Below are positions 11,709-22,391 of a stretch of DNA of 64,000 nt, piece after piece. The notes beneath the pieces are model-generated. The model ran no database searches. It had not been told where the DNA came from and was given only the letters and a program-made list of their open reading frames with translations. Position 1 is the stretch's first letter; each line of letters begins with the position of its first letter. The stretch lies in assembly GCA_965112155.1 (NCBI GenBank), contig OZ218103.1; one strand, written 5' to 3'. A program made the position numbers and the translations under genes. The stretch comes from Podarcis liolepis. Taxonomy: Eukaryota.

Positions 11709-11781
11709 CTGGCTTCCTCTTTGTCCCTTCCCATTCCCTCATTCAGGCAGGGCTTGATTTACTAGCCCATTGAGCAAGGCA

Positions 11782-12363
11782 ATGCTGCTCACAGTGAAGA
11801 GGCTGCTTGGGCAGCAGTGCCGCCTTCAGGTGTCTGGCGAGGAGAGGATCTCTCTGGTGAAAAGCCTGGTGTGTGAAGAGCTCAATGTCCCTGAGAACCA
11901 GCAGACCCTGTTGTTCCAGGGGAAAGTGCTGGAGGGGGAGCACAAATTATCAGACTATCTCATTGGCCCAGAGTCCATCCTCTATCTGGTGATTAAAAAA
12001 CCTGAGCAAACTCATCCTGAGGAGCCCTCAAAGCCGACCGCTGCCCAGCCCCACTCAGTGTGGTATCGACTCTCGCAAGTCCTGGAGAAACATTTCAGAA
12101 CTTCCGACGCAGTGAGGGTTCTCGAGCGGGTGCTGAACGACTACTACAAAGGTCTTGGCTTGCTGAGCCTGGAAAGCATCGAAGAGTTAGCCGGGGACCT
12201 CCTAAGTCCTGAGGAAGGTGAAGGTGAACTGGTGGCTACAGGTGAGCTCCCCCAGCAAGAGGGGCACCCCACAGCCCCAGTGTCTGAATCCAGGAAGGAT
12301 AAAGCGACCCAGACTGAGCCACAAGAAATGCTAGGAGGAAGGTGGTGCTGGAAGAACTCTTGA
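11782..12363 (+). CDS. UBL4B: Ubiquitin-like protein 4B-like (intronless, 193 aa)
   Basis: Single ORF from GCAATG (11782): N-terminal ubiquitin-like domain MLLTVKRLLGQQCRLQVSGEE...QQTLLFQGKVLEGEHKLSDYLIGPES, without di-Gly. It is followed by a UBL4A/TUGS-type region VWYRLSQVLEKHFRTSDAVRVLERV...LSLESIEELA. The LLGQ, VSG-E and long acidic tail features match UBL4B rather than UBL4A. Position between STRIP1 and SLC6A17 matches mammalian UBL4B. Confidence 0.85.
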   Translation: MLLTVKRLLGQQCRLQVSGEERISLVKSLVCEELNVPENQQTLLFQGKVLEGEHKLSDYLIGPESILYLVIKKPEQTHPEEPSKPTAAQPHSVWYRLSQVLEKHFRTSDAVRVLERVLNDYYKGLGLLSLESIEELAGDLLSPEEGEGELVATGELPQQEGHPTAPVSESRKDKATQTEPQEMLGGRWCWKNS

Positions 12364-12393
12364 GTAGACTTATTTAGAGAGGTCTAAGCGAAA

Positions 12394-12399
12394 ATTAAA
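12394..12399 (+). terminator. Candidate UBL4B polyadenylation signal ATTAAA
   Basis: ATTAAA 30 nt after the stop, followed by GT-rich sequence (tagtggtggtgt...gtgtctttatgt). Confidence 0.5.
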
Positions 12400-13784
12400 A
12401 TAGTGGTGGTGTATGGAACATGGAGCTGTGTCTTTATGTACCAAGGAGGAAGGAGGTTTAGTAAATGAAGATGGCCATTTTTAAAAGGACCAGAGCTTCA
12501 GTTGCTATTGAAACTAGTGCTGTGCCAGATTTTTCACAGGCAAACAGTTTTGGCATGAAAGGGAATCCTTGGGGAAGGAGAAAAGTTCACTGAACAGCCC
12601 CTGAATGCATTTACCCCTACTGACTGCTGCTTTGGTGCCATTCCCCCACCCCCCCGGGCATCTCATTTCTGGCTGTGTGATCCCAGCTAACTGACTGCCT
12701 TGTTCCTAGTGTGGTGATGTCATGGCACCACACAGCAAATCAGAGCTGGCAATGTCCAATATTCCTAAGGCCAAATGAAGCCCTAATTACACTCACTCTT
12801 GAATGAAGGAAGCCTGCATTGCCTCAATGATCCCTGTATTATCATATTGCACTGGCCATTTAATTGTCTGACAGCACAGCAAGGCAGGACGCATCAGCAC
12901 CATTGTCTTGGCAGCAGGTTGATATATTCTGTCTTCTCCCATGAATAGGTTTTTTTGGGGGGGAGCCACACCCTGAAAAATCACCATATATGGGGCATTC
13001 TGAGGGAGGTGCAAAAACACCTATGAAAGCAGTCTCCCTGTTTCAGACCTGGCTCTATCATAGGTTTATCTCCTCCACCACCACCATCACACTAGGCTTG
13101 TATCCAGTTACAGTACATGGTCCTTGGTTCCATCTTTGGCATGGCTATTTAAAATACTGGTGTCCAAAAAGCAGAAGATCTCTAGCAAGACTACATGAAC
13201 TGGTTGAGCCTGACAGCCTTGGTTGAGATGGACAATTGTCATGGTTTGTCCTTGTACGCCATCTCTCTGTACATTGAATCAAACATTATTTTCTTAAAGT
13301 CAGTGTGTCATATGGGAGCATATGGCTGGCTGGCTTCCCAGGACCACAGGCAGGAACTCAAGCATTTCTGTGGCAGCTTCCCAATTTTGTGCTGGAGCTG
13401 AAGCAAACAGTTGAAGAACCATTCCCAGGATCTATTTTACATGCTTCCCCCAGTAAATGTATTGGATTCTCATGAAAAGTGACTGTTCCCCTACCTCCGA
13501 GTAGAGCTATTCCACTCCACTTCCCAAGAAAGCAGTCTCCCAATTAGTAGTGGGTTGTTGTTTCTTCACATATACTAAGCTGGTATCAGCAAGCTGCTTC
13601 TGAAATGCTCGTTTTGACATGGTTCCCAACTTGTCATTGTGTTCCTCCGCTGAGATAACTACCCAAGAACTCAGCAGAAGTGAAGGAATGTTTTCAGAAC
13701 TGGAGATTAAAACTGACATTTCACTACAGAGGGAGTGGGGCAATTAAAGCACCAGACTTATGAAGAGTGCTACACCCTGCTGTG

Positions 13785-14140
13785 GAGATGAGATCTCTGT
13801 CTTCAAACATCTAAAAGGTTGCCATGCAGAGAGTGGAACAGACTTATTCTCTGTTGCTCCAGAGGGCAGGACCAGAGCCAATGGGTGGAAATTGCAGTGA
13901 AGCAGATCTTGCATAAAAATGAGGAGAAACACCCTAACAGTAAGAACTGTTCTACAACGGAACAGACTGCCTCAAGAAGTGGGCGGCTGGGGAGGGGGGC
14001 GGCTGGCTATCTTTTGCTAGAGGAATTTGAGCAGGGCCTGGATCTCTCACGGATGCTGTAATTGCATCCTGCATTATAGATGTTACATTGAGGCAACAGG
14101 TTGGACTCGGTGACCTCAGGTCTCGTCTGACTTTGTGATT
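13785..14140 (+). mobile_element. CR1 LINE 3' fragment
   Basis: gtcttcaaacatctaaaaggttgccat...ttattctctgttgctccagagggcaggacc...aatgggtggaaattgcag...ggttggactcggtgacctc; classic CR1 3' end. Confidence 0.8.
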
Positions 14141-14700
14141 CACATGTGCATAGCATCAAATTGTCTCATGGGGAGGGACATACTTTAAACATAAAACCCT
14201 ACAAATGTTAAAATGGTACCTTCATGCCACCACATCTCTTGTCAGCCAAAGCCAACCTTTTTTAAAAAAATAGTTTTACATTGCCTTTGGGCTATGTTCA
14301 TGTAAGGGGAAGGATATTCCACAGCTGAGAGATAGACATGGAGAATACCTCCTTGTCTCCTTGCAGTTCTTACCTGGCATATATATGGTAAATTTAGTCT
14401 ATCTTAGAAAGTGTGATGGACCATAATTAGAGCCAGGCTCAGGTATAGATGTTGAATCAAAGGTGTAATATGTGCCAGCAGCTCCAACAGAGCTATTCAG
14501 ATCAAAGAACAAGCCATAGTTTGTCTGAAGTGATTCAGTGCTTGATGAAGTCTGCAGCCACCACACTTTGGACAACATTTGAGCTTGACCAAACATTGAT
14601 TGCTGAAGAGAATCAAGAAAACATTATTCTTTTTGATTCTCATCACTCAGTGACTGCAGAAGTCATCAAACCACCCTGAGATCTACAGATGGAGGATGAT

Positions 14701-14739
14701 CTACTACTATTACTATTATTATTACTACTACTACTACTA
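14701..14739. repeat. (TAC/TAT)n microsatellite
   Basis: ctactactattactattattattactactactactact. Confidence 0.85.
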
Positions 14740-14994
14740 AGTACTGGAAAAAAGAGAAGCTATGTTTGCAGAACCATAGTTTGTCTCCCACCCTAGGGTA
14801 TTATTATTTTATGTTTTTTCATAAGAGAAAATTAATGCCCATGTAGAAAAAGTGTCCCTTTGGTAATATATAAAGGGTTGCCTGAGTGTCATTTTTGCAA
14901 CAGGTACATGCATGTCTGTCATGACTGACCAGCCCATGAATCCACCTTCTCTATACATTACAAAATGCACACCTTTTCCTGTATTGTGCGATTG

Positions 14995-15117
14995 CCACCC
15001 AGATGTTCTCTGACTCCAGCTGCCCTCATTCCTGACCCTTGGCCAAGCTGGCTAGGGCTGATGGGAGCTGGGACTGACAAGAGGTGAATCTGGAGGATCA
15101 CAGGCTTCCCACCCCTG
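14995..15117. mobile_element. Degenerate copy of the palindromic hAT MITE family
   Basis: ccagatgttctc...cattcctgacc...ggctgatgggag...atctggagg...ttcccacccctg. Confidence 0.55.
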
Positions 15118-15850
15118 CTACATGGAAATTAATTTTTCATATATGGAAAAGTAATATGGGAAGAAGCCGTAGAACGCATATTTATGTAATATTGGCTGTT
15201 ACAGCAAGAGTGCTGTGCATTGAGCTTTTCCTAGGCATTGAAACAATCAAGCTCAGCACCATGCACCACTGGTCTAATAACAGCGTTGTAGGCACTCTGC
15301 CCTCCACAGTTCCCATCAAACCACCAAACATTCCTTTGGGGTAAAATTAAATTGGCAGTAACCAAGTGCTTAATTAGCATGCAGTAGTAATTCTGTTTGT
15401 AAACACCAAAGCCAAAGGAATGAAGTTTGAGGCAGCCGTGGAAGGTGGAATTGTTTAATGAGATGAAACGCATAAAAAGGACTGAGGGAGAGGAAAATCT
15501 GTCAGTAATATAACCAACACTGGGGCTAATATGTCTGCATCTGTGCCTATATAAGGAGCACGAAAAGTGGGAGCTTTGGCCAGGCAGTGTCCCCTCAACA
15601 AACAGGGCTGTTGTATGCTGGTGGCAGGATGCCCCACTAACTGGATGCTGCCTTCAACCCCAGCTTCAGCTTCCTGACCAGACCTCAGGGCAGTTTCCCA
15701 TAGAGTGCATTGCAGTAAGCTAATGTTGAGGTTACTGCTGCATAGACCCCTGTGTGTCCAAGCTTTTCCTGTCCAGGAATGGTTGTTGCTGGCGTCCCAG
15801 CCAAAGGTGAGAAAAGGCACACAAGCAGTGATGATGGATCAATGATGATT

Positions 15851-16083
15851 GTTGTTGTTGTTTAGTCGTTTAGTCGTGTCCGACTCTTCATGACCCCATG
15901 GACCAGAGCACGCCAGGCACTCCTGTCTTCCACTGCCTCCCACAGTTTGGTCAAACTCATGCTGGTAGCTTCGAGAACACTGTCTAACCATCTCGTCCTC
16001 TGTCGTCCCCTTCTCTTAGTGCCCTCAATCTTTCCCAACATCAGGGTCTTTTCCAGGGAGTCTTCTCTTCTCATGAGGTGGCC
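15851..16083 (-). mobile_element. BovB (RTE-clade LINE) 5'-truncated 3' end
   Basis: Minus-strand peptide GHLMRREDSLEKTLMLGKIEGTKRRGRQRTRWLDSV...WRALVHGVMKSRTRLND, a (CAA)n tail, and a ~10-bp TSD aatgatgatt/agtgatgatt. Confidence 0.9.
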
Positions 16084-17729
16084 AGTGATGATTACCTCCA
16101 AGCTATATACCTGATCCTAAGGGAAAACAGTCCTTTCCAGAGCAGCCAACTGATCTATCACCCAGACCCACAAACGGCTCACCCGCCGCTGGGCCCCATT
16201 CTTGCCAGGATTCAGTCTCAGTTTATTGGTCCTCGTTCTACCCAGCGCTATATACACCAAGGTGCTTGTATGAAATTGCACAGCCTCACCTGATTCAGAT
16301 GTTATGGAGAAATAGAGGGAAATGGGGGAGAGTCATTTTGTTTGACTAAATATAGATCTTAAGCACCCTTCTGAGCACTTGCTTTTTCACGTGCTGAGAG
16401 ACGCTGCTGTGGTGTGGTCCTGATTTAGGGTGATTCGGGAGGAAATGATGCTTTCATGACCACCGAAGGACAATGGTGAAGAAGAACATCACCTCCCTCC
16501 CTCCATCTGCCCATATTGCAGTTTAGCAAGCATTAATTGCCTTCTGATGGGAAGAACGAGAGCACGCCGGACAGTAATAGTCTAATCCCTGAAAACCGAC
16601 AAAACAAGGTCCTGTTGAGATGGAGAAGCGTGTGACGTCAAGGAGAGGCTTAAAATATACTCCCGGGTTGAGGGAAGAAATCACATGACAGTTGTGAAAC
16701 ATGAGCTGCCCTTTTGAAGCACAAACCTAGGCAGAAGATTAAAGGGTGTGAGGGCAGGAGAGTAAAATTGCAGCTACTAAAACATTGTTTCTTTTCCATC
16801 CTTTTCTGAAGGCTCTGGCAGCATCCTGGGAACCAGAACAGAATTATTTCATTCAGTGTACAGCCTTTTTGTACAAATGGCTGGCTAACCAGTTCCCCAT
16901 CTGCTTTGCTTAACTGCCCCAGCTAGGCAGCCAATGAAATAAAAGCCGGGAGCAGTTCCTGGAAAGGGATAGCATTGAAGGGACCAGCTGCTGGTTCATG
17001 TTTGACTGCCCCCTATTAGTTGTTGCAGCTGGTTGATGAATGGAGCTCAGAACTGCATCCTTCAGCTTGCTTGCTTATTTGCAATTAACTATGGACTGTT
17101 TGCCTCGGCTTGCTTATTGGCTTGACATTAAATCTATCCCTTCGTTTAGTTGAAGGCTTATATATTTTGTGAATTTTAGCCAGAATCATTAGAATTAGCG
17201 CTGTGTAAAAACAAACAAAAAAAAGCCTCCCAGTGTTTTTCAGTTATTCTCCATCAATAAATAAATAAGGAACTTCTCCTAGGTGGGGTGTTGGGCTTTT
17301 GCTGCACTGAACTTACTTTTGAGGTGGCTGGAGGGTATTTCTTTGGGTGTCGTTTTTTCATTCTCCAAATCATCTACCTGGTGGTCTGCACTCTGCAACC
17401 TTCCCAAGTGCCCCTGCATATGGTTTTGAGGAACTGCAGGATGGGAAGACAACAGACCATCCAGGGGTTGTTCTATAATGGAAGAGGACATTAATTCATG
17501 TCCTCCCCATCCCACTTGTAAGTAAATGCAATCTCTTCTAAACCTAGAAGTTCCTAGAATTTCACCCCGAGATAAAAGGCAGATGATAAACCACCCTCTT
17601 TCACAAGAGATAATGATTATCTGGAAATTTAAAGGCAGGATTTGGCACAGGGCTAGTGAAAATGGGATCATCATATTCAAAAGCTGTGAGCCTGTAGTTG
17701 ATGTGATGGTGTCTACCTCTCTCATTTGA

Positions 17730-17910
17730 ACATAAGAACTCAAAAAGATATTTCATAGATCAGGCTAAGGACCCATGTAGTCTGGCATCCTGTACCCCCA
17801 GTGAAGAACCAGAAGTATGTAGAAAGCCTGTGAGCAGGAACTGAATGCAACAGCACTCTCCCTATTTGTGATTCCCAGCAGAGACATACTTCCTCTGACA
17901 GTGGAAGCGG
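17730..17910 (-). mobile_element. CR1 3' UTR remnant
   Basis: Reverse complement resembles the CR1 3' UTR at ~10980-11170 (cataagaac...gatcagg...tgtgattcccagca...catacttcctctgacagtgga). Confidence 0.6.
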
Positions 17911-17994
17911 GGTGTGTGTGTGTGTGTGTGTGTTTGTGTTTGGACTTGTGTTTGTTGGGGTTCTGGGTAAGATGAGCTTTTGCTCTAATCCAGC

Positions 17995-18132
17995 CAGGGG
18001 TGGAGAACCCAGTGGATTCCAGATGTTGCTGGACTAGGGCTCCCATCACCCCTCGTTATTGACCAGGCTGTGTGGGAAAGGTGGGTGCTGAAATCTAAGA
18101 ACATCTGGAGGGCCACTAGATTCCAGTCCCTG
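17995..18132. mobile_element. Palindromic hAT MITE family copy
   Basis: caggggtggagaacc...ccagatgttgctggact...tcccatcacc...aacatctggagggccac...ccctg. Confidence 0.7.
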
Positions 18133-20207
18133 AGCAAGGCAGTGCCACATTTGCATGCAAGTTGCCATACTAAAATCTGCCCTGATAATGTAGGGCTTGT
18201 TCCCGCAGTCACGTTCTGTATGATATAGTTTCTTCAGCAGCAGTAATGTGTCTCTGCAATGAACTTTGGGAAGCTGAACTAGTCCTGTGAATGCTTGTTG
18301 CAGAATCTGCTCCCTATGTCATGAAAAGGATTGTGGAAAGTAAGTCAGACCATGCATGATGTGAGGAATTGTGACCAGGATACACACTGGAACATTCACT
18401 GGATACACTTTAATCTGCCAGGAAAGTTAACGTAGTTTTGGCTTTCCTGTGTAAGAAATGAGTGAGCCCCCAGACAAGACTCTACAGAAATCCAGGACAT
18501 TCAAAGGTGGGGGCAATTTACTTCCGGGAAAAAAGACAGAGGCTCTTTTCTCTAGCCTAGGGAATAGTTCTTCCTAGTTTGTCCATAGGGTAAACCCAAC
18601 CTTATTGCATTTTTCATTCAGCTAAAATTAGAACAGAGCACAGTATTAATTAGAAGTGTAGTCAATGCAGAGTAACATTACACGATTGTTTTCTACATCT
18701 TTCTGAGCTTAGTGCTTCTCAAATAAATCGGCACTTGCTATTCCCGTAATGGCATCATGATGACTCATGTTCAGAGTGTAACTCTCTGTACCACCCCAGT
18801 TGCAAGTGTAAAGTGATTCCTCATTTTGCCTTTATGTAGCAGCAAATTATTTCTCATTTTGTATGTCGGCATACCAGTATTGCACTGCATGCATGTACAC
18901 TAGCCTCAGGGGGCATTCCCCTTGCCTCTAGAAACCTCAGAGAGAAACACCTGAAACCTGAAGAAAATAATCTCTATCAACTCTCGCTGACATTTTATAA
19001 GGCATCCTCAGTATCTCTAAAAGACAAAATAACATGATGGTGAAGATTCCAAAGGGGACGCTATTTCCTTGCTTCCAGTCTTCTCTCTGTACCATTGAAA
19101 AGGGGCTTTGGTCCAGAGCAGGGAGGCATAACATTTCATTCCTAGCGTGTTAATGTCTAGCGCACTGGGGCATCCACTTACCATTTTGCTTCTTCAGAAA
19201 GCACTAGCAGTGTCTGCTGCTGGGACAGCCATCTAAATGGGTTACTGACCTGACAAGGTGGGCAACTTCCTGGTCTTAAAGATGGCAGCTGAAGCCTGAA
19301 AAGGCGCAATTTAGAGAAAACTCAGACAGTCACGATGTCTGCATCGTAACCAAAGAAACTGTGCTTGCTGAGCATTTCCCTGCTGCATACAACTCTCAAA
19401 GGGCTCATGGGATGAGGAGACGGCAGCTTCAGCTCTGACCCAGTCTTGTTACTATTAAAACACTACCTCTTTCCTAATGCTTCCTAAAACATCAGCCTGC
19501 AAAATCCTCTCTCGTCAGCATCCATACTTGCCAAGATCAGTCTTTATCTCCTTGTGTTTTGACTTTCCTTCCCACAAAGACCCAAATGTTGATTTTTCCA
19601 AATTATCCCCCCCCCCGCCCTCATCCTACCTTCCCTCTCCGTCAGCTATGAATGAATGGCTGGTGGTCATGTGATTCTATCACCATGGAGACACATGGCA
19701 GCTGTAAGATGTAAGAATCAGGATCATAGGAGGGCGGCTGCATAACCAGCAAGTTATTTATAGGTTGCTGTTTGTGAATTTATGGAATCACATCTGTCTT
19801 TGAGCATCATGTTTCATATTCACGCTGATTCCGGTGGGGCAGGGCATTATTCTTTACAAGCGTGCATTATACAAATCCCCCAAGTCTATGAATTAATGCA
19901 GAGAAGGAAGGGTTCTAGGTAGCTTATACAATCTCTGAGCAAGCTTAGATTAGGCTGGTTTAAAATTCACATTAATTTTTTCATCATGAGATCCTCTCAC
20001 AAACTTACTCAGATTTCTCAATACATAGGTCAAACCACATCTTTGAACATAAGCTGCTGATGCCTGCTCCATGAACACATGACGGAAAAGCCATACAGCA
20101 ACCTATGATCATTAAACAAAGAGGTTTCTTTTTGTTTTTTCCATGCAAATAGGAAGCAGGAGCCAGCGCCTGTTGGCAGCACAAGGCGAGATGTGGCATC
20201 ACCCATT

Positions 20208-20638
20208 ACAGGGTTGAATCTGCCAATTTTGGGTTGCTCGGTTTCTCATTTTTCCAATTCAGTTCACCACATTTCTGCAGCAATCTTTGGGGGGGGGGGA
20301 AGCGTCATGAAAATTATTCAGTATTTTAATGCAAATTTATCCTAATAAACACATTTTTGAATGCAATTTTAGCTGATGTACACATTTTTGCAAACATTCT
20401 TTCTGAATATGATGCATATTTGTTTGCTATTTTCACCAATATATTCTTTTTATGCACACTTTAACCTCATATTTGATTTTTTGCAAACACTGGTTGGTTG
20501 GTAATTGCATCACAAAATTTGGATGAGTGCAAATTTCAAAGTTTAGGTCTGTTTTGTTTCTTGCCTTGTTTTGGAAAGTGAGAATCTGATGGATTCACCT
20601 CTAAATGTGAACTGAATCAATATTCTCCCCCATCCCTA
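20208..20638 (+). mobile_element. AT-rich interspersed repeat, copy 2 (longer)
   Basis: Same sub-repeats and terminus (…ttctcccccatcccta) as 11345-11625. Confidence 0.6.
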
Positions 20639-21981
20639 ACTATAGGTACCCATTTCTGCCCCCTTTCTTAGAAGGTGAACATAATCTATTCAGCCCAACC
20701 TTAAACATTTTGTTATCCCCTAGGTAAAATATGAATAATGTGATCCAGCAGGCAGAAAGTTGTATCTGGATCTGGAGGACTTAGAAGTATCCATAAGCTT
20801 TCTTTGGCAGAGCAAATAACAGTTTGAGGTGGGGACTGCTTATAGCAGAAAAATGATGGGAGGGGGTGAGGGGGAAAGAGTTAACCCATTGCTGGTTATT
20901 GCTGCTTTAACTTACCACCCACGGGGAAAGATGAGTGGAGGTGTCCGGATATTATTTTCTTAATTTTTGCTTTGCCAGTTCCATGCTTGCACAGCAGAGA
21001 GATGCAGACTGAACTCTTCTCTGGAGGCTGGACCAGCTTAGGATCCAGTGGATCCTTGCCAGCCCTGTCCTGCCCCCATTCTACCCTATTCAGGGTTTAG
21101 ATCATCAGTAGCTTGTGCCATCAGTGGGCACAGTAGCAGCTTTTGTGGAAGCAGATCCTCACCAGCAGCAGCAGCAGCAGTGCCACAGCCGAGAGTAACA
21201 CCTGGCTCCCTCCTACAGTGCATATCTAGGACTAGGATTGCTCTGCTCAGTAGGACATGAGAAACAATAGGAAAGATGGCTTCTCTTTTTAATGCTGTGG
21301 TAGCCTTTCTTCATTAAATTGTCAGTGCAGAATCACAAATTTGTTAAACATCTAAATGAGCTAGGTTCTGCACAATGGATAAATAAGGGGATAGGCCTGC
21401 TGGAACATGTTTTAGTGGGGTCCTTTTTCTTACTTATAAAATAATCCCGTTTCCACCAAAAAGAGAGAGAGAGAAAAGACTTCCACCAAACAGAACGAAC
21501 CTCTTGTCACACCTAAGACTGTCCAGCTCTTGAGGAGTTTCTTTGCCCTAACTCAGACTCCTGCCTTCCACACTGCTTTAGAAAAAATATAAACAAGAAG
21601 AGAACATTTGATTTATGTCTCCAAAGACACAGAACTTGACAGTATTTTGTGACATGTCTCAAGGGACATAACCCACTGTCTGAAGCACACAGGGAAAATT
21701 CTGATAAATTGCCATTTAAAAAACCAAGGAAGCCAAATGTCAAAATATAAATAACTTTATTGCACAGGCAGGGTGGAGGTAAAAGAAGGGAAAAGGAAAG
21801 GTAACAACCATCTATAGATCCCCAGCCCAGCAGATAAAATGGATAATGAAAATCTAACTGAGTCACCAATGTGCTATGTGCTTGGATGAATTCTTTACCC
21901 AGAGGCAGTTTTTCTTTTTAAATACCTGCACCATCAAGAAAGACACCCATATTGAGGTTATTGCAATATGGGTGCAAATGC

Positions 21982-22391
21982 ATTTATATTTATTTGTTTA
22001 TTAAACTTATATCCTGCCCTTCCACCCAAAGGAAGGAGCCCAGGGCAGCAACCAACAACTGATATAACAATAAAAACGTCCTTACATTATTCCAGTAGAG
22101 ATGTAGACAGGGAAAGATCTTGACTTAAAGGCTTGTTGGAAGTAGGTGCTGAAAAGACAACAGAGATGGCACCTGTCTAATACTTACAGGAAGGGAATTC
22201 TAAAGGATAGCACTAAGACGCAATTGTGAGAAGCAGACCCTCCTGATAATGTGGCATCTGCAGGAGGACTTCAGCGGCACAGCAGTGATTGGTTGGGTAT
22301 ATAAGGGGTGAGGTGATCTTTCACATATCCTGGTCCCAAGCTGCAAAGGCTTTATACACCAAAACCAGCAGCTGGAACTTGGCCCAGTAGC
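21982..22391 (-). mobile_element. L2 LINE 3' fragment
   Basis: (TTTA)n-like tail, tatatcctgcccttc...ggagcccagggc, and gctttatacaccaaaaccagcagctggaacttggcccagtag (reverse of the L2 'F(K)LLVLVYKAL' region). Confidence 0.7.

Noticed and set aside
11770-11781. ORF-track start at TTG 11770 for the UBL4B ORF
   Set aside because: The ATG at 11782 (MLLTVK) aligns with the UBL4A/UBL4B initiator MxLTVK.
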